Shown here piece by piece: positions 46,464 through 55,210 of a stretch of DNA of 64,000 nucleotides. A model generated the notes under the pieces. The model made no database searches. It had not been told where the DNA came from and was given only the letters and a program-made list of their open reading frames with translations. The translations under genes and the position numbers were made by a program. Source of the stretch: Candidatus Latescibacterota bacterium (GTDB lineage Bacteria > Latescibacterota > UBA2968 > UBA8231); the NCBI GenBank assembly GCA_965221775.1, contig CBDCSU010000006.1, positions 1,472,001 through 1,536,000 of the forward strand, in the 5' to 3' direction. The first letter of the stretch is position 1. Each line of letters starts with the position of its first letter.

Positions 46464-47698
46464 CCGGGGCCGGGCGGGTCACCGCCAACGGCCGCTCCTA
46501 CGAGGTGCCGCGCCAGCCGGTGGTGGGCGTCTGCATCGACGGCTGCGACCCCACCTACCTGGAGGCGGCGGCCGGCGTCATGCCGGAGCTGGCGCGCCTG
46601 GCCGCCGACGGCGCCCGCGGGACGGCGCGCACAGCGGTGCCCTCCTTCACGAACCCGAACAACGCCTCCATCGCCACCGGGGCTCCCCCGGCGGTGCACG
46701 GGATCCCGGGCAACTACTACTACGACCGCGAGTCGGGCGAGGAGGTCATGATGAACGACCCCCGCTGGCTGCGGTGCCCCACGGTGCTGTCCGCCTTCGC
46801 CGGAGCCGACGCCGAGGTGGCGGTGGTGACCGCCAAGGACAAGCTCCTCGCCTTCCTGTCGCGGGGCCTGCCCGGCCGCTGCGTCCGCCTCTCGGTGGAG
46901 AAGGCCGCCGAGGCGACGCTGGAGGGCAACGGCCTGGTGGACGTGGCCGGCCTGGTGGGCGGTCCGGCCCCCGGGATCTACGACCCCGAGGCGAGCGTGT
47001 ACTGCCTGGAGGCCGGCGCCTGCCTCCTGGAGCGCGGCGGCCCCCTCGTGACCTACCTGTCGACCACCGACTACGTGCAGCACCGCTACGCGCCGGAGGA
47101 GCCGGAGGCCCTGGCCTTCCACGCGCGGCTGGACACCGTCCTCGGCCGCCTGCACCGCGCCGGGGCCGTGGTCGCGGTCACCGCCGATCACGGCATGAAC
47201 GCCAAGACGCGGCCCGACGGCTCGCCGAAGGTGGAGTACCTGGAGAGCCTGCTGCGGGAGGAGGGGGTGCCCGGGGCGCGGGTGATCCTGCCGATCACCG
47301 ATCCCTACGTGGTCCACCACGGGGCCCTGGGCTCGTACGCCACCGTCTACGTGGAGCCTGAAAGCCTGGAGAGGGCGGCGCGGGTGCTGCGCGGAGTGCC
47401 AGGCGTCGAGGCCGTCCACACCCGGGAGGAGGCGGCCGGCCTCTACCAGTTACCGCCCGACCGCATCGGCGACCTGGTGGTCCTGGCCGACGGCGGCACC
47501 GTCCTCGGGCGCACCCCGGACTGGCACGACCTGTCCCACGTCTCGGAGGGGCTGCGCTCCCACGGCGGCCTGCACGAGGCGACGGTGCCCTTCGTGGTCA
47601 ACCGGCCTTTGCGCGGCGAGACGGCGGAGGCCCTGGAGCGCGGCGAGCTGCGCAACTACGACCTCTTCGACGTGCTCTGCAACGGCGTGGGCCCCTGA
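46460..47698 (+). CDS. phnA: Phosphonoacetate hydrolase
   Basis: ANGRSY..P..PVVGVCIDGC, PSFTNPNN, EEVMMND, YLSTTDYVQH, TADHGM, LPITDPYVVHHGALG, LRSHGG. Confidence 0.93.
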   Translation: MTGAGRVTANGRSYEVPRQPVVGVCIDGCDPTYLEAAAGVMPELARLAADGARGTARTAVPSFTNPNNASIATGAPPAVHGIPGNYYYDRESGEEVMMNDPRWLRCPTVLSAFAGADAEVAVVTAKDKLLAFLSRGLPGRCVRLSVEKAAEATLEGNGLVDVAGLVGGPAPGIYDPEASVYCLEAGACLLERGGPLVTYLSTTDYVQHRYAPEEPEALAFHARLDTVLGRLHRAGAVVAVTADHGMNAKTRPDGSPKVEYLESLLREEGVPGARVILPITDPYVVHHGALGSYATVYVEPESLERAARVLRGVPGVEAVHTREEAAGLYQLPPDRIGDLVVLADGGTVLGRTPDWHDLSHVSEGLRSHGGLHEATVPFVVNRPLRGETAEALERGELRNYDLFDVLCNGVGP

Positions 47699-47771
47699 CT
47701 TGGCCCCCTTCTTGCTGCCTGCACGCCAGATTCGGCGGCATTACCTTCACAAGGGACACCAGGAGAGTACG

Positions 47772-48242
47772 ATGGACTGGAGCAACCCACTGATCTACAT
47801 AGTCGGCGGCATCGCGGGGATTGGGGCCATCTGGAAGCTGGGGGAATGGAAGGAGCGCACCGATGACTCCGTCAGCGCCATCAAGGACACCATTCGAGAG
47901 ATCCGCGAAGATATCAAGAAGATCCTGGGCCGCTTGCCGCCTCCGGCTGTCGAGCAGGGCAGCCCGCTACGGCTGACCGAGTTCGGCGAAGAGATCTCCC
48001 GGCGTCTCGATGCACGATCCTGGGCCACGGAAACCGCGTCGGTCCTCCTTCCCGAAGTCCGGGGCAAGCAGGCGTTTCAGGTGGACGAGTTCTGCGAGAC
48101 CTACGTCCAGACTCGTCTGAGCGAGGAGTGGAAGACCGAGGTGGCCCGGTGCGCGTACGAGCTGGGCCGGGACCGCGAGAGCATCCTCTCCGTGCTGAGG
48201 GTTGTCCTGCGCGACGAACTGCTCTCTCGCCTCCCGGACTGA
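47772..48242 (+). CDS. Hypothetical N-terminal-TM protein
   Basis: AGGAG RBS; MDWSNPLIYIVGGIAGIGAIWKLGEW, coiled coil, SPLRLTEFG, VVLRDELL. Confidence 0.65.
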   Translation: MDWSNPLIYIVGGIAGIGAIWKLGEWKERTDDSVSAIKDTIREIREDIKKILGRLPPPAVEQGSPLRLTEFGEEISRRLDARSWATETASVLLPEVRGKQAFQVDEFCETYVQTRLSEEWKTEVARCAYELGRDRESILSVLRVVLRDELLSRLPD

Positions 48243-48261
48243 GAGCAGCGGTCTACTTCGC

Positions 48262-49281
48262 CTACAGCTCCCCCAGCACCACCCTCCGGCCCTCGCGGAA
48301 ACTGACCTGCACGGCCTCGGTGAAGGCCATGTACTTCACGCCGTCCTCGAAGTTGGTGTGGGTCACCGGGCGGCCGTCGCGGACGGCGTCGACGAAGTCG
48401 GCCTCCACGTTCCAGCCCCACTGCTTCTCCGGCTCCACCACCAGCTCGCGCCAGCCGCCGTCGTCCAGGGCCACGAGGGCCTTGTCCTCCTCCAGGCGGA
48501 TCGACCCCTTGGTGCCGTGCATCTCGAAGGAGATGCCGCCGTGGGCGGCGACGCTGCTCACGTGGTAGACGGCGGTGGCGCCGCTCTCCAGCTCGGAGAG
48601 GATGCCGAGGCTCTCGGGCACGTCCGCCGGCTTCGGGGTGCCGCTCTCGGGGTCGGTGCGCTCGCCGGTGAAGATGTGGGCGTGGGCCATGAGGGCGCGG
48701 TCGTGGCCGACGTAGCGCCGCACCGTCTCGTTGAGGATGCCCATGGCCATGATGTTGTTGCCCGACAGCTCGCGCCGCTGGCGCCAGTGCAGGGGGGCGG
48801 AGGGGTCCCAGCCTCCGGTGAGGGCGCTGACGTGGACCTCCAGCCAGTCGCCGAAGACGCCGTCGGCGACCATGCCGAGGAGGGTGGGCTCGGTCTCCAG
48901 GTTGATGGGCGCCGGCACGATCATGGTCACCTTGTCGGAGGCCTGTGCCGCGGCCAGCATGCGCCGCGCCTCTTCGAGGTTCATGGCCATGCGCGCCTCG
49001 GTGAGGACGTGCTTGCCGGCGGCCAGGCCCTCCAGGGTGATGTCGCAGTGCAGGTAGGGCCAGGTGCCGATGCAGACGGCGTCCACCTCGGCGGCGTGGA
49101 CCAGCTCCTTCCAGTCGTCGTACACGGCGGGGATGCCGAATTCGTCGGCCGCCCGCTGCCCCGACTCGCGGGAGCGGTTGCAGACGGCCACCACCTCCAC
49201 GCCGTCGATCTCCTGGAACCCGGGGATGTGCCGCTCCCGGGTGTTGGCCCCGGCGCCGACGATGCCGATTCGCAATGTCAT
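48262..49281 (-). CDS. Gfo/Idh/MocA oxidoreductase
   Basis: LRIGIVGAG, DAVCIGTWPYLH, GKHVLTEARMA. Confidence 0.88.
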   Translation of the reverse strand: MTLRIGIVGAGANTRERHIPGFQEIDGVEVVAVCNRSRESGQRAADEFGIPAVYDDWKELVHAAEVDAVCIGTWPYLHCDITLEGLAAGKHVLTEARMAMNLEEARRMLAAAQASDKVTMIVPAPINLETEPTLLGMVADGVFGDWLEVHVSALTGGWDPSAPLHWRQRRELSGNNIMAMGILNETVRRYVGHDRALMAHAHIFTGERTDPESGTPKPADVPESLGILSELESGATAVYHVSSVAAHGGISFEMHGTKGSIRLEEDKALVALDDGGWRELVVEPEKQWGWNVEADFVDAVRDGRPVTHTNFEDGVKYMAFTEAVQVSFREGRRVVLGEL

Positions 49282-49309
49282 GTCCTTCCTCCTGTTCTCT
49301 TCGGTTGGG

Positions 49310-50776
49310 TTACTGGTTCCACTCGTACTTGCCGCGGTCGGCGCGCCGGTAGTCCCCGGGGCCGCGGCCCATCCAGCAGGCGCCGCCGGAGTCGACCTCG
49401 ATCAGCCTCGGCGACACGGGCTCGTACGCGGCGCGCGGGGCGACGGCGCCCTTGGCGACCAGGATCTTCTGCTGCTCCGGCGCGATGCCGGCACTGGTGA
49501 TCTGGTGGATGCTCATGGGCGGCTGGCGGTTGCTGTCGAGGACGAGCAGCCCCTCCCCCTGGCCGCAGGGCACGCGCAGGACGGCGGTGAGACCCTGGTT
49601 GTGGTGGCGCCCGCCGCCGTGGCGGCGCTCGCGCTCCTCGTAGCGGCCGTCGGACAGGGTGCGCACCGTGCCCTTCACCCGCTGCGGGTCCCCGTGCATG
49701 TCGTCGGTCTTGCCGCCGGCGTCGAGCTCCACCTCGGCGCCGATGCCGGCGGCGGCGCAGGCCCGCACCGCCTCCGGATCCCACAGGGTCACCACCCAGC
49801 CGTCGGCGCTCTGCGCCAGCAGCTCTTCCAGGATCAGGGTGGAGTCCCCCGTGGAGCCGCCGCCGATGTTGTCGCCCACGTCGAGGAGGGTCACCGGGTG
49901 CTCGTCGCTCTCCATGGCCTGGCGCACCGCCTCGGCCGGGCCGGGCAGCCCCGGGATCATCTGATCGCGCGCTTCCCACATCGCCGCTGACAGAGCGTCC
50001 GCCTCGGCGCGGGCCAGCTCCGGGTCGCCGTCGGCAACGACGACCACCGAGGGGCCCATGAACTCCACGTCGGCGTACTGATAGCCGCCGGCGACCGAGC
50101 AGGAGAGGATCCCCTCCCGCTGCTCCAGCTCCACGGCGCGGGCCAGGATGGGCTGCACGGGCGGCAGGCTGGTGTTGTGGAAGCAGATGTTCAGCACCAG
50201 CCGCGGTTGAGCCAGGGCCATGGCGGGCCTCACCTCGCCGCGCGCGGTGCGCGCCAGGATCGACGCCGCCTCCCAGCCGCGCTCGCGCTGGTCGACGTGG
50301 GGGTTGGTCTTGTAGATGACCAGGGCGTCGGCCGCCTCCACCAGGGAGGGCGGCACGTTGGCGTGGTAGTCGTGGGTGACGACGAGGGGCATCTCCGGGC
50401 CCACCAGCTCTCGCACGCGGCGCACGACCTCGGCGTCGCCGTGGGGGTACTCCTCGGCGACCATGGCGCCGTGCAGGGCGAGCAGGACCCCGTCGACGGC
50501 GCCCAGATCCTCCAGGCCGGCGAGGATGCGGCCGCAGAGTTCCTCGAAGGCGCCGCGGGAGACCGGCCCGGCGGGGGTGGCCGAGGCCGAGAGGATGGGA
50601 CACAGCTCCAGGCCCAGGTCCGCGGCGGCGGCCACGTACCCGGCGATCTCGTGGTAGGTGTCGGCATGCCGGGCCAGCATCTCCTGCCCCGTGAGGATGC
50701 CGAAGTCCTCGAGGCGGGTGGGCTGCACGGAGAAGGTGTTCGACTCGTGGGCGAAGCCGGCGACGGCGATTCTCAA
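49310..50776 (-). CDS. M81 family metallopeptidase (MlrC-like)
   Basis: AGFAHESNTFS, LALHGAMV, DYHAN, YKTNPHVD, DVGDNIGGG. Confidence 0.88.
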   Translation of the reverse strand: MRIAVAGFAHESNTFSVQPTRLEDFGILTGQEMLARHADTYHEIAGYVAAAADLGLELCPILSASATPAGPVSRGAFEELCGRILAGLEDLGAVDGVLLALHGAMVAEEYPHGDAEVVRRVRELVGPEMPLVVTHDYHANVPPSLVEAADALVIYKTNPHVDQRERGWEAASILARTARGEVRPAMALAQPRLVLNICFHNTSLPPVQPILARAVELEQREGILSCSVAGGYQYADVEFMGPSVVVVADGDPELARAEADALSAAMWEARDQMIPGLPGPAEAVRQAMESDEHPVTLLDVGDNIGGGSTGDSTLILEELLAQSADGWVVTLWDPEAVRACAAAGIGAEVELDAGGKTDDMHGDPQRVKGTVRTLSDGRYEERERRHGGGRHHNQGLTAVLRVPCGQGEGLLVLDSNRQPPMSIHQITSAGIAPEQQKILVAKGAVAPRAAYEPVSPRLIEVDSGGACWMGRGPGDYRRADRGKYEWNQ

Positions 50777-51417
50777 GTGTGCTCTCCCTTCAGCAGTCCG
50801 CGGTAGAGGCCGCCGGCGAGGGCCGCCCCGAGGAAGGTCCCCACCAGGTAGATCCAGAACAGGTGCAGCGTGTCGGTGAACACCGCCGGCCCCAGGGTGC
50901 GGGCCGGGTTGAGAGAAGCGCCGGTGAGGGGGCCGCCCATGAGGATGCAGAAGATCAGGGTGAGGCCGATGGCGGCAAGCCCGAGTTCGCCCCCGCGGCC
51001 GCTGACGGCGGTGACGAGGATGGAGGTGACGAGCATGAAGGTGAGGATCGCCTCCAGGACGAGGGCCTGGCCGTGGCTGACGCCCGGGGCCGGGACGGTG
51101 GCGCCCAGGGAGTCGGTGAAGCCGCCCACGGTCAGCTGGAGAGCGAGGGCGGCGACGAGGCCGCCAGACAGCTGGGCGAGCCAGCAGGCGGGCAGATGGA
51201 CCGCCTTCACCACGCCGGCGGCGAAGAGCCCGAGGGTGACGGCGGGGTTGATGTGAGGGGCGCGGCGGCCCCAGACGAAGCTGAAGGCGAGGACGACGAA
51301 GCCGTGGGCGAAGGCGGCGCCCAGGAGGCCGCCCACACCCGCGGCCACGGCGCCGGCGCCGATGAAGACGAGGGTGAAGGTCCCCGCCAGCTCCGCCGCG
51401 TATGCCCTGGCCTCCAT
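50773..51417 (-). CDS. Aquaporin (MIP family)
   Basis: AELAGTFTLVFIG, HINPAVT, SLNPAR. Confidence 0.92.
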   Translation of the reverse strand: MEARAYAAELAGTFTLVFIGAGAVAAGVGGLLGAAFAHGFVVLAFSFVWGRRAPHINPAVTLGLFAAGVVKAVHLPACWLAQLSGGLVAALALQLTVGGFTDSLGATVPAPGVSHGQALVLEAILTFMLVTSILVTAVSGRGGELGLAAIGLTLIFCILMGGPLTGASLNPARTLGPAVFTDTLHLFWIYLVGTFLGAALAGGLYRGLLKGEHT

Positions 51418-51476
51418 GGAGGTGCTTAACTTAGTGGCCCTCCCCGCCCGCCGCACCCGGAGCCTCGCTTCCAGCC

Positions 51477-52562
51477 ATGCGCATCCTCTTCATCGCCCGC
51501 CGCTACCCGCCCTCCCTCGGCGGGCTCCAGACCCACGCCTTCAAGCTCTTCACCTACCTGAGCCAGCGGCTGCCGGTGACCCGGGTGACCCTGGGGCGCG
51601 ACTCGGTCCTGCACCTGGCCTGGTTTCTGCCCTGGGCGTGGCTGCGGGCGGCCCTGGCGCTGCTGGCGCGGCGGGTCGACCTGGTCTACTTCGGCGACGG
51701 CGTCGCCGCCTCCCTCGCCTGGACCCTGGCGCCGCTGCGCGGCCGGGCCCGCTTCTGCTGCACCCTCAACGGCCTGGAGATGACCTTCCCCGACCGCCGC
51801 GCGCGGGCCCTGATGCGGGCCGGGACCCTGCGCTGCCACGGCGTCGCCGTGTACAGCGAGAACTCCGGGCGCATCGCCGCCGAGGCCTGGGGCGTCCCCC
51901 GGGAGCGGATGCGCCTCATCCACCTGGGGGCCGAGCCGGTGGAGCCGCCGCCGGAGCGCGACGAGGAGCTGCGCCGCGCCTTCGAGGCCGAGCACGGAGT
52001 CGCCTTCGGCCGCGACCGGCTGCTGCTCAACGTGGGGCGCATGGTGCCGCGCAAGGGCCTGGCCCGGTTCGTCGAGCGCGGCATGCCGCTGCTGGCCGCC
52101 GACGTGCGCCTCCTCGTCGTCGGCGACGGGCCCGACGCCGGCCTCGTGCGCCAGGCCCGGGAAGGCCTCGACGACCCCGGCCGGGTGCTGCTCCTCGGCG
52201 TCCTCGACGACGACACCTGCTCCATGCTGCGGCGCCACTGCGACCTGTTCCTCATGCCCAACGTGGCCACCGAGGGCGACGTGGAGGGCTTCGGCATCGC
52301 CCCCCTGGAGGCGATGTACTTCGGCACGCCGGTGGTCGCCTTCGCCGTGGACGCCCTGGTGGAAGCGGTGCGCGAGGGGGGGTGGCTGGCGCCGGCGGGC
52401 GACTACCCGGCCTTTGCCGGCGCGGTGCAAGCCTTCTACGATCTGACCCCGGAGGAACGCCGCGCCGCCGGCGAGGCGGCCCGCCGCTACTGCCGCCGCG
52501 AGTACACCTGGGACACGGCCTCGTCCCGCTATCTCGATTTCTTCAAGGAGCTGAGGAGCTGA
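51477..52562 (+). CDS. Glycosyltransferase family 4
   Basis: YPPSLGG, VGRMVPRKG, EGFGIAPLEA. Confidence 0.88.
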   Translation: MRILFIARRYPPSLGGLQTHAFKLFTYLSQRLPVTRVTLGRDSVLHLAWFLPWAWLRAALALLARRVDLVYFGDGVAASLAWTLAPLRGRARFCCTLNGLEMTFPDRRARALMRAGTLRCHGVAVYSENSGRIAAEAWGVPRERMRLIHLGAEPVEPPPERDEELRRAFEAEHGVAFGRDRLLLNVGRMVPRKGLARFVERGMPLLAADVRLLVVGDGPDAGLVRQAREGLDDPGRVLLLGVLDDDTCSMLRRHCDLFLMPNVATEGDVEGFGIAPLEAMYFGTPVVAFAVDALVEAVREGGWLAPAGDYPAFAGAVQAFYDLTPEERRAAGEAARRYCRREYTWDTASSRYLDFFKELRS

Positions 52563-52564
52563 CC

Positions 52565-53614
52565 GTGCACTACACCGAGCTGGACACGCCCGCCCTGTGC
52601 GCCGACCTCGACATCCTCGACCGCAACATCGCGCAGCTCCAGGCCGCCTGCGACGCCCTGGAGATCGACCTGCGGGTGCACACCAAGACCCACAAGACCC
52701 CGGCCATCGCCCGCAAGCAGATCGACGCCGGCGCCGTGGGGATCGTGGCCCAGAAGCTGGGCGAGGCGGAGGCGATGGCCGAGGGCGGCATCGAGGACAT
52801 CCTGATCCCCTACAACATCGTCGGGGCCCCCAAGATGCGGCGGCTGACGGAGCTGGTGAAGTCGGGAAAGACGACGCTCACCGTGGCCGCCGACTCCGCC
52901 GCCACCGTGGAGGGCATTTCCTCCGCCGCGGCGGCGGCGGGCTGCGCGGTGAGGGTGATCGTCGAGATGGACACCGGCGGCGGCCGCGTGGGCGTGCAGT
53001 CGCCGCGGGAGACGCTGGAGCTGGCGCGGCTCATCGACCGCCTGCCGGGGACCGAGTTCCTCGGCGTCATGACCTACCCCAGCCGCGAGGGGGCCCGGCC
53101 CTTCCTCGACGAGGTCCGCGGGCTGATCGCGGGCGCCGGCCTGCCCCTGCACATGATCAGCGGCGGCGGCACCGGCAGCGAGGAGGTCTCCAAGGCGATC
53201 GGCTGCACCGAGACCCGCATCGGCTCCTACGCCTGGGAGGGCATGACCCGCGTCGGCCGGCGGGAGGACCTCGACCCCTCGCGCTGCCCCCTGCGCCTGG
53301 TGACCACCGTCGTATCCACCTCGGTCCCGGGCCAGGCGATCGTCGACGCCGGGATGAAGGCCTTCACCAGCTATCCACCGATTCCCCACGGCTACTGCCT
53401 CGAGCATCCGGAGGTCCACCTCAAGGGCATGTCGGTGGAGCACGGCCACGTGGACACCACTGCCTCCGGGCATACATTCTCGGTCGGCCAGATCCTCTCC
53501 TGGATCCCCCTCCACGGCGGCATGACCACCAACCTCCACGACCGGATCTTCGTCCTGAAGGACGGACAGGTGGTCGACGAGTGGCCCGTGGCCGGGCGCG
53601 GCCGGGCCCAGTAG
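52565..53614 (+). CDS. Fold-type III PLP enzyme (D-threonine aldolase/D-serine dehydratase-like)
   Basis: LDTPAL..D, LRVHTKTHK, EMDTGGGRVGV, SGGGTG, SVEHG; GTG at 52565. Confidence 0.85.
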   Translation: MHYTELDTPALCADLDILDRNIAQLQAACDALEIDLRVHTKTHKTPAIARKQIDAGAVGIVAQKLGEAEAMAEGGIEDILIPYNIVGAPKMRRLTELVKSGKTTLTVAADSAATVEGISSAAAAAGCAVRVIVEMDTGGGRVGVQSPRETLELARLIDRLPGTEFLGVMTYPSREGARPFLDEVRGLIAGAGLPLHMISGGGTGSEEVSKAIGCTETRIGSYAWEGMTRVGRREDLDPSRCPLRLVTTVVSTSVPGQAIVDAGMKAFTSYPPIPHGYCLEHPEVHLKGMSVEHGHVDTTASGHTFSVGQILSWIPLHGGMTTNLHDRIFVLKDGQVVDEWPVAGRGRAQ

Positions 53615-53641
53615 ACCGAGCAGAACCGAAGGAGCCCAAGC

Positions 53642-54538
53642 ATGGAGATCCAGCCCTCCGGCGGCAGCGTCGTCGAGGTCGACGCCACCAACTTCGAGCA
53701 GGTCGTCCTCCAGGGATCGCGGGACAAGGTCGTCGTCGTCGACTTCTGGGCCGAGTGGTGCGGGCCGTGCAAGACCCTGGGCCCGATCCTCGAGGACGCG
53801 GTCACCGCCATGGGACCGAAGGTGGTGCTGGCCAAGGTCGACATCGACGCCAACCAGGACCTGGCCATGGCCTTCCGGGTGCAGAGCATTCCGGCGGTCA
53901 AGATCGTCAAGAACGGGCAGCTGGCCGACGAGTTCACCGGCGCCCTGCCGCGCGAGCAGGTGGAGGAGATCCTGCGGCGCCACGTGCCCGAGGCGCCGCC
54001 GACCCCGGCCGAGGAGATGGGGGACCTGGCCGACGCCGCCCGGCAGCAGCTCGAGATGGGCGACGTGGCCTCGGCGGAGCACCTGTTCTCCGAGGTCCTG
54101 CGCGAGGACGAGAGCAGCGGCCCCGGCCTGCTGGGAATGGCCCGCGTGCGCCTGATGCAGGACGCCGGCGAGGAAGCCGTGCGCAGCCTGGTGGACCGCA
54201 TCGAGCAGGGGACCCCCGAGTGGGAGCAGGGGCGGGCGCTGCTGCACCACCTGGAGCTGAGCGCCGCCTGCGAGGGCGGCGGCGGCCCCCGGGCCTGCGC
54301 CGAGCGCCTGCTCGCCGACCCCGACGACATGGAGGCCCGCTATCTCGTGGGCTGCTGCGCCGCCGCCGCCAGCGACTACGACACGGCCCTGCGCGAGTGG
54401 TTCGCCGTGGTGGAGAAGGACCGCAACTTCCGGGACGGGGCCGCCAAGGACGCCATGGTCTCCGTCTTCCACCTGCTGGGGCGCCAGCACCCCGCCGTGG
54501 CCGACTACCCACAGCGCCTCTACCGCATCCTGTACTGA
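53642..54538 (+). CDS. cnoX: Thioredoxin-TPR chaperedoxin (CnoX/YbbN family)
   Basis: VDFWAEWCGPCK plus a TPR C-terminus. Confidence 0.82.
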   Translation: MEIQPSGGSVVEVDATNFEQVVLQGSRDKVVVVDFWAEWCGPCKTLGPILEDAVTAMGPKVVLAKVDIDANQDLAMAFRVQSIPAVKIVKNGQLADEFTGALPREQVEEILRRHVPEAPPTPAEEMGDLADAARQQLEMGDVASAEHLFSEVLREDESSGPGLLGMARVRLMQDAGEEAVRSLVDRIEQGTPEWEQGRALLHHLELSAACEGGGGPRACAERLLADPDDMEARYLVGCCAAAASDYDTALREWFAVVEKDRNFRDGAAKDAMVSVFHLLGRQHPAVADYPQRLYRILY

Positions 54539-54553
54539 GACCCGCGCCGGCCT

Positions 54554-55210
54554 TCAGCCCTCCCGCCGGCCGACCACCGATACCGCCAGCCACCCCCCCA
54601 CGGGGAGGATGTGCGACACCAGCCGCGGGTCGTCGGCGACCCGGCGGTTGTAGGTCTGGATGCCGCGGCGTCCGTCGCCGGGCTCCAGGACCTCGTGGGC
54701 GTGGCCGTGGCCGTTGGCGTTGTCGGCGATGATCAGCCCGCCTTCGCGCACGTGGCGCAGGGAGAAGTCCAGGTAGCCCGGGTAGTTCTCCTTGTCGGCG
54801 TCGATGAAGGCGAGGTCGAAGGGCCCTTCCGGCTCGACGGAGGCCATCGTCTCCAGGGCGGGGCCGAGGCGGACCTCGGCGCGGTCGGCGACGCCGGCGC
54901 GCTCGAAGTTGCGCCGCGTCAGGCCGGCGTGCTTCTCCTCCACCTCGAGGCTGATCAGGCGGCCGCCGGGGGGCAGGGCCCGGGCCAGCCAGATGCCCGA
55001 GTACCCGGCCAGGGCCCCGAACTCGAGGATGCGGCGGGCGTTCACGGCGCGGGCCAGCAGGTGCAGCACCTTGCCGGCGTCGGCGCTCACCGAGATCCCG
55101 GGGACCCCGGCCGCCGTGGCCTCGGGCATGACGCCGCGCAGGACCTCGTCCTCGTCGACGAACAAGTCGAGGCGGTAGCTCTCCAGGTCGGGATGGGTCG
55201 TCCGTGTCAT
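54554..55210 (-). CDS. SAM-dependent O-methyltransferase
   Basis: ILEFGALAGYSG, FDLAFIDADKENY, GGLIIADN. Confidence 0.88.
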   Translation of the reverse strand: MTRTTHPDLESYRLDLFVDEDEVLRGVMPEATAAGVPGISVSADAGKVLHLLARAVNARRILEFGALAGYSGIWLARALPPGGRLISLEVEEKHAGLTRRNFERAGVADRAEVRLGPALETMASVEPEGPFDLAFIDADKENYPGYLDFSLRHVREGGLIIADNANGHGHAHEVLEPGDGRRGIQTYNRRVADDPRLVSHILPVGGWLAVSVVGRREG

